Assembly (NCBI RefSeq): GCF_000281045.1
Contig: NW_008246077.1
Location: forward strand, 44,176 to 108,175
DNA from: Saprolegnia diclina VS20
Lineage: Eukaryota
Direction of reading: 5' to 3'
Length of the DNA: 64,000 bases
The notes under the pieces were generated by a model. It had not been told where the DNA came from. It ran no database searches and saw nothing but the letters and a program-made list of their open reading frames with translations. Below are positions 12,909 to 25,200 of this stretch, piece after piece. How positions within the stretch are numbered: the first letter of the stretch is position 1; every line of letters starts with the position of its first letter. A program made the translations under genes and the position numbers.

Positions 12909-15900
12909 ATGGCCGGCGACACGACGCCCGGCGCTCCGTACCAGGCGGCAACCGCTTCGCCCAAGGCTGCACCGCCAGCCAGCGACTTCCGCCACGTGCT
13001 TCTGAACCCGCGCGGTGCTGAGGCCCCAGGGCTATTCTGCTCGAACGTCGTCATCACGTCCAAGTACACGGCATGGTCCTTCCTGCCCAAGTTCCTCTAT
13101 GAAAGCTTCAAGAAGCTCGCCAACGCCTACTTCCTCGTCGTGTCCGTGCTGCAGTGCGTGCCCGCAATCTCCAACACTGCGAAGTACGTATCCTATGCCC
13201 ATAAACAAGATAGCTCATACGTGCGGTAGTCTGCCGTCGTCGCTGCCCGTGCTCTTGTTCATCCTCGCCGTAATTTGCTCGCATCTAAAGCCTCCGATTT
13301 AAACGTCAACGTGCTAGGTGGATGGTGTACTTGCGATCATCGAAGACCGTCGGCGCCACCTTGCTGACGAAGAAGCCAACTCGGCCAAATGTCAAGTCGT
13401 GACGGCGAGTGGCAGCCTCGAGACTATTTTGTGGGCCAACCTTACGGTTGGCTCAATCGTCAAGCTGGGAAACCGCGACACGGCGCCGGCGGATCTCTTG
13501 ATTCTCGCTGTCCACGAAAATGACCCCGACAACAAGGGTGGCATCTGCTATGTCGAGACCAAGTCGCTCGACGGCGAGACGAACCTTAAGCTCCGACAGG
13601 CGCTCGAAACGACGCTTGAAGCTCAATCCGAGGCCGAAGTACTTGGACTGCACGGCCATGTTGAGTGCGAGCAACCGAACAAAGCTATCAGCCGCTTCGC
13701 GGGCACGGTCCTTGTCGACGGCATGGAAAAGACGCCCATTTCGATCAAAAACATCCTCTTGCGCGGCTGCCAGCTCCGCAACACAGAGTGGATGTACGGT
13801 CTCGTGCTCAACACTGGCCCGGACACGAAGATCATGCAGAGCGCGTCCAAGCCTGTGGCAAAGTGGAGCTCGATCAACGACCAAGTCAACGTCATGATCC
13901 AGTGGCTGCTGCTCATGCTCCTCCTCGTCTGCGCCATTGCTGCGTCGACGCAATACGCCTGGGTACCTTCCACTGCGAAGCGGTTTCTTGACGCTAAATG
14001 CTGTGCGCAGGAGCAATCGTTCAACCAATATGCGTGCCACGCCGAAGACAACTCGTGCTACCTCACCAAGAACGAATACACGGGCTTCAGTCGCTGGTAA
14101 TTGCGTCACTGCAGGCGTTCGTAACGCTCGCTTTAGGATCGTGGCGTGCGGCAGCTACTTCCTCCTCATGTACCAGATGATTCCCGTCTCGCTTTACGTG
14201 ACCATCTCGACCGTCATGTTTCTGCAAGCGATCTTTATGGCGTGGGACATGGACGTCTACTATGCAGCTCTCGGTGCGTTGCAGAAAGGCTCTGGATACA
14301 CCTCTGAATCGTTCTTCCAGACGTGCGCATGATTGTGCGAACTATGGGCCTTAACGAAGAGCTCGGCCAGATCTCATACATTTTCTCGGACAAGACGGGC
14401 ACGCTCACGTGCAACGTCATGGAGTTTCGCAAGTGCTCGATCAACGGCGTCTCGTACGGTCTTGGCACGACCGAGATTGGTGCGTCAATATTGGAATGGA
14501 TTCGTCGATGACGATATATGTCAGGTCGTGCTGCCCTCAAGCGCAAAGGCGTTCCGGTCGCGGAGCCGTCGTCTGTCGTCAAGCCCGGAACTCAGATTCC
14601 GTACGTCAATTTTGAAGATCCGCGCCTCCACAACAAGCTCAACGTACAACTGTGCATGCATGTATATGATCTCAGACTCGAGATAGACGATCCCGCTCAA
14701 CGACAACGTCGAGTTATCCAAGGAGGCCGACTTTTTTCTGCACCTGGCGATTTGCCACACGGTGATCCCGGAGGAGTTTACGGACAAGCATGGCGAAGTC
14801 GGTCTTCGGTTCGATACTCCTACGCTCTCTCAATGTCCTCACTCGGTGCACCGTAATAGATACTCTGCTTCGTCGCCCGATGAGCAAGCGCTCGTCTCGG
14901 CGGCCAAGTTTTTTGGCTTTTCCTTCGAGTCTCGGGGGCTGGGCGTCGCCCGCATTCGCATTACAAACAAGGCACTGCTCCACGCCAAGGGCGAGAGCGA
15001 GCTCTGGGAGTACCAAGTCTGCGACGTGCTCGAGTTCAATAGTGAACGCAAGCGTATGAGCTGCGTCGTGAAGGACCCGCAAGGCGAGTATCTGCTCTTG
15101 ACCAAGGGCGCCGACAATGTCATCGCGCCGCTCCTCTCGTCGAGCCTGAATGATCCAGACATGATCGCAGCCACCTTTAGCCAGCTCGAAGCGTTTGCCG
15201 ACGACGGTCTCCGGACGCTCACGATTGCAAAGAAGACAATTAGTCGCGAAGAGTACATGCAGTGGTCGCAACGCTACCGCGTACGTACTGCGTCCATTCT
15301 CTTGTGATTTCGTCAACGCAATGGTAGGCGGCGTGCGCATCACTCGAAGAGATTGAAAAGCGGAAGCGCGGTGACGCCAACGAGATCGACCGGCTCATGA
15401 CGGCGATCGAGCAAGACCTCGTGCTTCTCGGTGCGACCGCAATTGAAGACAAGCTCCAGGATAACGTGCCCCGTGCGATCTCGCGCCTCATGGAGGCCGG
15501 CATGAAAGTGTGGGTGCTCACGGGTGACAAGCAAGAGACTGCCATCAACATCGCGTATGCGTGCCAGCTCATGGACAACGACATGGAACAGTACATCTTC
15601 AACATGGACGAGTACCCAGACTTGGATGCGGTCGCGGTGCACCTGCGCGAGTGCTGGACGGCTGTCGAGACGAATCCTGGTGTCCGGCGGTCGCTCGTCA
15701 TTGATGGCGACGCACTCGAGCTCGTCATGCAGGATATTGACACTTGCGCGGTGTTTCTCAAGGTGGCCATGCGTTGCGACAGCGTTGTCTGCTGCCGCGT
15801 GTCCCCGTCGCAAAAGGCTGAAGTCGTCGCCCTCGTCCGCAACAACAACCTCAAAGCGCGGTATCTATTTTTTCTCACCTGGTTCGCCAAGCTCACATGC

Positions 15901-17453
15901 TTGGTTTAGGACGCTCGCGATTGGCGACGGCGCCAACGACGTGGCCATGATCCAGCGCGCACACATTGGCGTTGGCATCTGCGGCCAGGAAGGCATGCAA
16001 GCCGTCAACTCGAGTGACTATGCGATCGGACAATTTTACTTTTTGGAAAAACTCCTGCTCCACCACGGCCGCCTCAACTACATTCGCATGTCCAAGCTCG
16101 TGGGCTACATGTTTTACAAAAATATTGTCATGGTTCTCGCGCAGTACTACTACCTCTTTGCGACTGGTACCACTTTTGCCAACGGACTCGGTGCTCACTT
16201 CAAATAGGCTCGTCCGGCCAGAAGGCCTACTCGGAGGTCGCGTTCCAGTTGTATAACCTGTGCTTCACGTCGCTTCCGATCATCGTGCTTGGCGTCTTCG
16301 ATTACGACGTGCCGTGGAGCGTCGGCGCGCAGTTTCCGGCCTTGTACCGCGTGGGCCTCAACGGCGAGCTTTTCAACACGCGCGTCTTCTTCCAGTGGAT
16401 CTGCGCCGCTGTTTTCGAGTCGGCCGTCATTTTTGTCTTTGCCATCTACGGCTACAACCAGCTCGAGCACGGTATCGGCGCCGCCAACATCCAGCAATAC
16501 GGCATCCTTATCTTTGCCCTCGTCGTCTTTGTTTGCAACCTCAAGGTACACCCATGTCTACCTCACAAAACTCATCCCACGCACGTAGATCATCGCGATG
16601 CAGTCGTCGTGGATGGTGTGGGGCGGCGTTCTCTGGTTTCTCGGTGTGCTCTCGTACATCCCGGTGACATTGTACGTCGAGTCTGTCTGGTACTCGCTCT
16701 CGCCCTCGGACTATGGCACGACCCAAAACACTCTTAACGGTACGATGGGTCACGGAAACATGCACATAAGCTATTCACATTAGGCTCAACGTTCTGGCTC
16801 GTGATTCCTGTCGCCTGCATGATGTGTCTCTTGCGCCACTTTTCTTGGGTTGCGTTCCAACGGTCGTTCTACCCGTTCTTGTGGCAAATCGTCCAAGAAG
16901 TACCCTAAACCTCATTAACCACATGGGTTGACGCCGCCTATTTTGTAGAAATACGTGCTCGGCCTGATGCCCAAGTCGATGGAGAGTCCAACGGAGCTCG
17001 AGTCGGGCGATTATGAAGCCATGAATGACAAGAACAGCACAGTGGCGTCCTTGCCGCAGCGCCACGTGCAAGACGACCACGATTACCTAAACCGCTTCTC
17101 ACGGAACAGCAGCAGCCTTAGCCGCCACGTAAAACGCTTCAGCCACTATTCATTGCTCATCATATGGGTAGAGCATGTCGTCGTCCAAGTCGTTCTCGCG
17201 CCGTAGCAGCGGCTTTGCCTTTAGCCAAGACACGCAGTCGGCGATGGCGGAATCTGTCATGACAACCATCAACGTTGGTGGTGCGTGATCGAAGCAAGGG
17301 AGGTAACACTCACCTCCCAAAAATGTAGGCTCCAAGGCGGCGGCAATCCACGCGGCAGAAAACCGGACGCGCTCGACCCGCAGTGACCAACGCAACACTG
17401 ACTATGCCCCGACCACGAACAACAAGTCGGGCACCCAAGGACTCTTCATCTAG
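12909..17453 (+). CDS. P4-type ATPase (phospholipid flippase), copy 1
   Basis: [32 protein letters not shown], phosphorylation site [49 protein letters not shown] and C-terminal GFAFSQD. Many short GT-AG introns. Confidence 0.95.
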
Positions 17454-17670
17454 CTAATACCTGGTTACATGCACACTTTCATGCGTTGCACCACCGGGGT
17501 GTAGTTTGTGTTTTGACCGGAAGGGAACTTCTATGTGGATACGTGGAAAATAATCATCATATCGCTAATGCTGCAGTGTAATATGAATATATAGGCGTGA
17601 TGTAGCTTCTCTTGCAGTGCATTGAACCCTAGCATTGCCGTCAATCAACTGCGCCTCTGAAGCTCGAAAG

Positions 17671-17752
17671 AAAAGTCCTGTCACATTCCCGTGGCAACCC
17701 AGGTTGAAGCTGCAGTTCACCTGGGCTGCCACAGGAATGTGACATGACTTTT
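17671..17752. repeat. 82-bp imperfect palindrome / hairpin (33-bp arms)
   Basis: Left arm aaaagtcctgtcacattcccgtggcaacccagg versus reverse complement of the right arm aaaagtcatgtcacattcctgtggcagcccagg (3 mismatches). The 16-nt spacer ttgaagctgcagttca is itself partly self-complementary. Confidence 0.9.
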
Positions 17753-18098
17753 TGCGCAGCCGATCGTAGATTCAATATTCAAGTACACGATTCAACGTCT
17801 AGTGTTCTTCCATGAACATGAGAATGGGCACCTGCGGTTCTTGTGGTCGCAGTCGTGGACCATCACTCACATTCGCCCACGTCGGCCTGAGGAAGAAATC
17901 GTCACGACGTGAGCACACAATTTCATTTGCGCAGTCCTCGCCTACCGTATTCACAACCACCCCCAACAACCATGATGACCACGGCCACGATATCAACCCA
18001 AGCAGCAACGACCGAGCCTTCGTACGTGGTTCCAACCGGGTCCGCGCCAACCTCGTGCGTTTTCGTCGCCGCCGCCTCAATTCAGTCGTGCGTTCCCG

Positions 18099-18824
18099 GT
18101 GGCAACGAACAATGGGATGAAGAAGAACAGTTCGGGTCTTTGTGCCTTCACGCCCCACCCGACGCCAGCTTGCTGTATCATGATGCGGCGTCAATTCAGC
18201 ATTACGCTTCTGACGCGTTACGTCAATGTTAAGGCCGCACTGACGGCCGTCGCGCCGTGCCCGGTCTTCCTCTCGCTCGACCGGTTTGCACGGCACCCGG
18301 GGGCTCGTCGCCTGGATCTCGAGGCTGACGCTCTTCAGATACTGCGTGAGCCAAACGCCGGCGGTAACAGCATCGTGTCCGAGGCGCTCTCGATGCAATA
18401 CATGCATGAACTCCTCGGCGCCTTCGACGTCGTTACCGAGATGCGAATCAAGTATTGGAGCGAGAACTGGAAGAAAGTTGACTACCTCTGCTCACTGGCG
18501 CCCGACTGCCGCATCGCTGTCAGCGTCACACGCGCCATGAAGTTTCCAGACCCCGCGGCATGGACGGCAAGCGATGCTATGCACTTGCTCAAGAAGAAGC
18601 TGTTCGGCCTCGTCGTGGCGCGTGCTGGTGTCTGCAAAGCCCAGCGCTACACCAAGTCAATCCTACACATTTGGTGCCAAACCGACGCGATTGCAGCCTC
18701 AATTGCCAGTGTCTACGAAGACGTCGTGACAGAACTTGGTATCACCGAAAACGTCGTTCTTGTCGCGACGGTCGCCGCTACCGAGTCGTGCATCTTCTTT
18801 GACGATCCAAGTATCTTCGAATAA
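18099..18824 (+). CDS. Conserved hypothetical protein, Dictyostelium AAC4-like (possible PD-(D/E)xK nuclease-like fold); start uncertain
   Basis: NAGGNSIVSEALS...VTEMRIKYW...KKVDYLC...IAVSVTRAMKF...LLKKKLFGL...ILHIWCQ, with strong coding bias from about 18235. Confidence 0.6.
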   Translation: MATNNGMKKNSSGLCAFTPHPTPACCIMMRRQFSITLLTRYVNVKAALTAVAPCPVFLSLDRFARHPGARRLDLEADALQILREPNAGGNSIVSEALSMQYMHELLGAFDVVTEMRIKYWSENWKKVDYLCSLAPDCRIAVSVTRAMKFPDPAAWTASDAMHLLKKKLFGLVVARAGVCKAQRYTKSILHIWCQTDAIAASIASVYEDVVTELGITENVVLVATVAATESCIFFDDPSIFE

Positions 18825-18921
18825 TTTGAAAGAGATATTTCAACTTTGGCGGGTTCGATGGCTTCATCTAATTGAAACCTCTATCGCAGCACTCTGCTTC
18901 GAGGACAGTACCACACTTTAG

Positions 18922-19824
18922 TTAGCCTCGCAAGAAGCGAACGAGAAGTTCCAAGCTCATGGGGTGGTACGGTAGCGTGTGGTGCGTGGCATTGACAACC
19001 TAAAGAAACAATGAGGTCGGCTTGGACGCACCATACTTACGAAGTGCTGATATTCACCCGGCATGTGCGTCTCGTCGACCGAGACAACGCCGTCTGTCGG
19101 GTATTGCCACTGATTCCATGGGTTGAGCGAGAGAGACCCTGCCAGAATCATCGGGCGGCAAAGCTTGGGCAGCTTCCCGAGGCGTGCGTCCAGAAACGTT
19201 GGCGACATTGTCGATAGCTCGTCGATCGCGACGCTCGAGTCGATGATCGAGTTGAGCACCGAGTAATAGGCGCACCTGCACACAATGGAGTGGCGTACTT
19301 GTACGATCGAGCTTACCCGCGGTTGGGCGGCGCGAGCATGACGATCTTGGTCCGAGTCGTGTCCCAATCGATGTAGCGAAAAGCCTCCTAATACAACAGT
19401 TGGAAGTGTAAACCTATGCCCAAAGCCGCAAATGCTTGCACCCGAAGCACGAGGGCGCCGTAGCCATGGGTCACAAAGTAGCACGACTCCATCGAGCTGT
19501 AGGGCTTGATTGTGTGCAGGAGGTCGACAAGCTCTACGCAGCGAGTGAATCAATCACTGCGATCAAGGCGCACTACCAAGGCCCGACTCTTGAAGGCGCT
19601 AAAAGACGCGGCCCATGAGGCGAGCATGGTGAAAACATGTTGCGCACCTGCGTGTTGGGGTCGAAGCGGAAAGGCCGGACGCCGAACTTGCCGCCGAGGG
19701 ACGTGCCCAAGAAAGCTTCAAGCGGAAGAAGCTGGAGGCCGCGGCCGCAAACGTCGTGCACGGTCACGAGCACGGGGCGTGCGACCGCCGCAAGCGCTGC
19801 CTGCGATGGCACGAACGACCCCAT
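18922..19824 (-). CDS. Small alpha/beta hydrolase-fold (lipase/PGAP1-like) protein lacking the nucleophile Ser
   Basis: Spliced translation: VLVTVHDVCG, YFVTHGYGALVLR, KIVMLAPPNRG, ILAGS...PTDGVVSVDETHM, VVNATHHTLPYHP...RFLRG*. Confidence 0.7.
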
Positions 19825-19920
19825 CGCGTTTCTCTGATGCCGGCGCGTCCCAGCTTTCCGGGCGTATCCGGATGGCTGTTGTACTTTTTGCGGCGAAACC
19901 GGTAGGGTCAGTTTCAGACG

Positions 19921-22147
19921 ATGCGTCGGACGAGCAACCACAACGCGGTCGAGAAGATCCACCCCGAGGAGCAGATCCGAGCCGTCGAGTTGCCCACGGC
20001 AGCACCAACGCGGACGCCATCCGCGTCACGTCTTCGTGCCCCGGGCGGAAAGGCCTACGGAAGCATGCGCGAAGCCGTGTGCTACCTCACCTTCCTCGTC
20101 GTGTTTGTCATCGTGACGGTGTACAACCGGGGCACCTCATCGTGTTTCTACTACAGCGATAGTGTTGCTCGCGCGGTGGGCGATACATCGTTTCCGTCGG
20201 GTGACGATTCGAACGTCGACATTTCGCTCGCCGGCGTCGAGACCGTGGGGGACGTGTGGAACTGGCTGCAAGGACCAGTCGCCAACACATTCTTCCCCAC
20301 AATGGCCTCACCCGTGCTGGGTGCCAACCAAGTCATCGGCAACGTCCGCCTGCGCCAAGTACGCGTGACGCCCAACTCATGCTCGCTCCAGAGTCAGTAC
20401 GCGACCTTGGTGTCCTACTGCTACGGCGCCTTGTCATTGACCAGTGAGTCGAGAGTGGGCTTTGGCCCGGTGCTCAACTCGGACGCGGTTTCTGCGTTTG
20501 CCGCGTACACATTCGCCTCGACTTACTTTGGCGTTTCCAAGTCGTACGCGCAACTTCTGCAGTGCCTTAGTGGCTGCGAAGTTGCTGTCGGCGGTCTCTA
20601 CGGTATCGATAAAGCGCGGTACGCAGCCGCGTACGCCAACATGTGCTCTCTTAGCTGCACGTGCTTCTATTCCAGCGGGAACTGTGTCGCGCCATCGTCG
20701 TCGGCGCCGTCGCCGGTCTACACCTACAACTGGACGAGCTCGGACATGACACAGAGCAATGCGCTACCGGGATTCTTTAGTTCGATTCCGGGCTCTGGCT
20801 TTGTGGTCGACTTGCCAGCCAACGTATCGGATGCACGCTCAGTCCTTCGCGCGCTCAAGTCGGCAAAGTTTATTGACATCGCGACACGCGCTGTCGTGCT
20901 TGAGGCTGCCGTCTTCAACCCCTATTTGGAGCTCTTCAACCTCGTGACAGTGGTTCTCGAGCTACCACCGACCGGCGGGGTGTACACTAGCTTCACGTCC
21001 TCCGTCGTCGACCTCTCTGCATACTCGTCGAGTGCAGCGGGCAAAATCTTTTTCGAAGGACTCTTGGTGATCGGTGTCGTTCTCTACACGCTCGAGCTGC
21101 TTCTTGGTATACTGCGCCACTCGCCGCGCAAGTACTTCGGCTCGTTCTGGAACATTGCTCACGGCATCAATATGGCTCTCTTCATCGCTGTCATTACGCT
21201 CCGCCTTGCGGCCATCAACGACGTCTACAGCGTGACCATCGACTGGTCGACGATCGATACCGCGAGCGTCCTCTCCAAATTGCACTTTCTCTCGACACTG
21301 GGTCGCCAAGAGCGTTCCGTGAACGCGATGAACGCGCTCTTGACGTGGGCCGTCGTGTTCAAGTACGCTCAGGTACGAATAGCCCACTCGATGACCAAGT
21401 AGCATCCGACTGCAATAGATGTCGCAGAACATGTTCATCCTGGTGCGCGTCCTCGCCAAGGCCAGCGCCGACCTTTGGAGCTTTCTGCTCCTCTTTTCCA
21501 TCTGCCTCCTTGGCTATGCGCAGGTAGTACCATTTCGCGAGGAATGCATATGACATCGTTCTCGTCAGGCGGGCTTTGTGGCCTTCTCGACGCAAGCCCC
21601 ATCCTTCCACACCTTTGGCCAAGGCCTCGTGACGCTCATCGAGGCGCTACGCTTCCGCCTCGACTATGCCGAGCTCGCCGCGGCCAATGCCGGCTTTGCG
21701 CCCGTGTTTTTCACCTCGTTCTACATTCTCGTCATTCTCATCGCGCTCAACGTCTTTGCCGCGATCCTCCATGACGCGTACGCGACGATGGACAAGGACC
21801 TCGTGTACAAGTACGCGTTTCCGTTCCCGCGCGGTGTGCTGGCGGCTGTGGGCTTCACGCTCCAGCGCACCTTTGTCGCCCTCAAGTACGGGCGCGAGGC
21901 CGCCAACGCCATGACGCAGCAGCACGAGACTGCACCACCCGCCGCGGTCCTTGATCGCAGCCTCAAGAAGGGCGACGTGCACCCGTGGATGATGATGGAG
22001 ATGCAGGCGCTCACAGAGAAGGTCCAGGGCATGCTCTTGGCTAACGACGAGAAGAAGGCGCAATTCGAAACGATGGAAGCCATGCTCCGCGCGATCGAAG
22101 ACACGTGCATGGAGCTCAAGGTCGCGACCAAGCCGCTCGCGACCTAA
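19921..22147 (+). CDS. Polycystin-2-like (TRPP) cation channel
   Basis: S1 EAVCYLTFLVVF, DVWNWLQGP, NQVIGNVRLRQVRV, GSGFVVDL, FIDIATRAV...FNPYLELF...LELPPTGGV, YFGSFWN, S6 ILIALNVFAAILHDAY and a C-terminal coiled coil. Two introns. Confidence 0.87.
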
Positions 22148-22215
22148 CTCGGTGCATACTACTACGTATAGCATGCAATTGTATTCATTTCTCTTCAATA
22201 TATCCTTGTGCGACG

Positions 22216-25200
22216 TCACTTGAAGTCGTTGATGCTCATCGAGCGCCGCGGCACGTTGCTCGGCTCTTGGCGATGCGTGTGATTTGTCGCAATGAACGAC
22301 TCAACCAGTGTCGTTTCCTCGTCGCAGCTGAACGCATAGCCCGTGTTCAGCCGCTGAAGCGTCGCACGCCGGTCAAGCTGCTGCGGCCGACTCAGCGTCG
22401 TTGCCATCGTGTCGGCGACCGTGTCTTCAGCCAAGTTGAAGCGCGACCGCTCCTCAGGCGTGATGTCGTCGAGTGTCATGCTCAGGTCGGGTCGCGGCGC
22501 CTCCTCCATGTGCGTGATCGTTAGCCGATGCGCCTTCTTCTTTTCAATCATGACACTCTATACGGAGCATGAGGAGTCTGGTCTATCGCTCATCAACAAC
22601 CTCTTGGAGGATCTGGAATAGCTCCGGGTAGAAGAGACGCTGGAACTGATTCCAAGCAAAGTGCCGGCCGAGCGCGAGCGTGCAGCCAATGACGAGGAGC
22701 AGCCAGTACGAGCCCGAGACGAAGGTGGGCACGAACGCGCCGAACTCGTCGTAGCTCACCTTGAGCTTGACAAAGTAAGGGATCACCGTGAGGCAGAGGA
22801 ACGCGATGAGGAACCACGAGAGGACGCTGCCCCACCACGTAATGCGCGGCACCCACGTCCAGTTGCACATGATGAGTGTAATCTATGGACGCATATGAGT
22901 TCCTACGCACTCCGGGAACGAAAGGACCTTGAGGTTGACGATGAGGACAGCCAGAGTAAAGGCCACGATGCCGTACTCGACACGCGCCTCGCTGCCGACA
23001 GAGCTGTGGCTCGGGTTGTACCCGTAGACCATGACGAGGAAAATGACCATCGACTCGTACAAGGCCGCGCAGAGCCACCGGAAGAACGTGTAGTAGTTGA
23101 AGAGCTGGCGCTGCGGCCCGACGCCGTAAAGCGCAGGGAACTTGAGACTCATGTGATCGGGTAAGTCCTGGTCCAGGACGCCCAGGACGACGATGGGAAG
23201 TCCCGTGAAGAAAATGTTGTAAACTTGAACGCCGATTTCCCAGTAGACCTTGGACCCTGACGCGCCGCTGAGGAACCCATACCTAACGTTCATTAGTAGC
23301 CACTCATGACGTTCGCAGTTGACATACCAGTACTGAGCGAGCACGAGAGTAATGTTCTTGTAAAACATGTACACGACGACCTTGGAAATGCGCAGGTAGT
23401 TCCACCGACCATGCACCAGCAAAAGTCGCTTCAAAAACCGGAACTGCGCGATGGCATAGTCGCTCGAGTTGACCGCCTGCATGCCCTCCTGGCCCGAAAT
23501 ACCGATTCCGACGTGGGCAGCTTGAATCATCGCCACGTCGTTGGCACCGTCACCGATTGCCAGCGTCCTACGCCCACCCACGGCATAAAAATCAAACATT
23601 CAATGCATACATTCTTACCGAGCTTCGGGGATGTTTTCACGGATGAGACGCACCATGTCCGCCTTCTGCGCCGGTGACACGCGGCAGCAAATGACGGCGA
23701 CGCAATACTGGGCGAGCCCAAGAAGGTCCATCTTCATGTGCGGCTTGAGTGCAATCTCGAGGGCCTCCTGCAACAAATATTCTCGTTAAAGGAAGCACGA
23801 AACGGTATACCAACCCCGTCAATGACGAGCGCAAAGTCTTCCTTCCCGTTCTTCGCAGCGTAGTCCTCGGCGGCCGACTTGAGTGCTTGGCGAATCAAGT
23901 CAGGCGTCGAGCAGTTCTCCATGTTGATGATGACTTGGTGGATCGAGTTGTCCAAGAGAGCGCATGCTATACATACAACGTGAGCACTTTTTCGACCTCA
24001 ACACGAGCGGCATACCGTATCCAATGTTGATGGCCGTCTCCTCCTTGTCGCCGGTAAGCATCCAGACTTTAATCTTGGCCGCACTGAGCGCCGAGAGGCA
24101 GTCGGGCACGCCGTTCTGGAGTTTGTCCTCGATGGCCGTCGCACCAATGAGATCCAAGTTGGACTCCATCTCTTCCATGAGGTCGTCGATTGCGTTGGAC
24201 TCACCTACGTCCCAAACGTTAAACGATATGTTGGTCCTGGTTGCGCGCACCGTTTTTGCGCTTCTCAAGCTCCGGGATCGAGCCAGACACGGAGCGAAAT
24301 CTGGCTGCCCAGTCCACAAAGAAATCCTCGTCGAGCCGCTTCATAGCGATAGCAAGAGTACGAAGGCCGTCGTCGGCGTACGTTTCCATATGCTGCGACG
24401 TGATCGCCTCGAGTGCTTTGGACGCGGTCGAGAGGCGCTGGTAGATCATCATGTCGGCGCCCTTCGTGTACAAGTAGAGCTCGCCCGTCGGCAGGCGCGT
24501 CACGACCGACATGCGCTTCCGCGTCGAGTTGAACTCGAGCACTTCGAGCACATCGTACGTCTTCTTTTCTCCGCCGACGTCCAAAATGGCCTTCCCAACC
24601 GCGCGGGACTCAAACTTGTAGCTATACGTCGAGTTTCAGCGTCGCTAGGTTCGATTAAAGCACCGTACCCCATAAACTGAGCGCCCGCGACCAGCGCCTG
24701 CTCGTCGGGCGACGACGCCGAGAGACGCACTTCGCCAGTGTCCAGCATTTCAGGAATAACCGTGTGACACACGGCAAGATGCTCGAAGAAACGATGCGTA
24801 CGCTCCTGCAAAAGTTGGTGAACGAAGCAGTCACGGAGACATTGAGGCACCTCTTGCTCGGCCCCATGCTTGCCTTGCATCGCCTCGGTGAGCTTTGGGT
24901 CGACAAAGTTGACATACGGGATCTGCTTGACACCCGGCTCCATCTTTGGCTCGGGCGGAATCGGCTTGCCCGCTCTCTTCAGCGCCGCCCGACCTAAAAA
25001 GTCATCGTGACGCTTGAGCGATAATGGGAGTACAACGTACCGATCTCGGTCAGACCAGAGCCGTACGAGACGCCGTTGATCGAGCACTTGCGAAAGTCCA
25101 TGACGTTGCACGTGAGCGTGCCGGTCTTGTCCGAGAAGATGTACGAGATTTGGCCGAGCTCTTCGTTGAGCGCCATCGTGCGCACAATCGCGGGCGTGTC

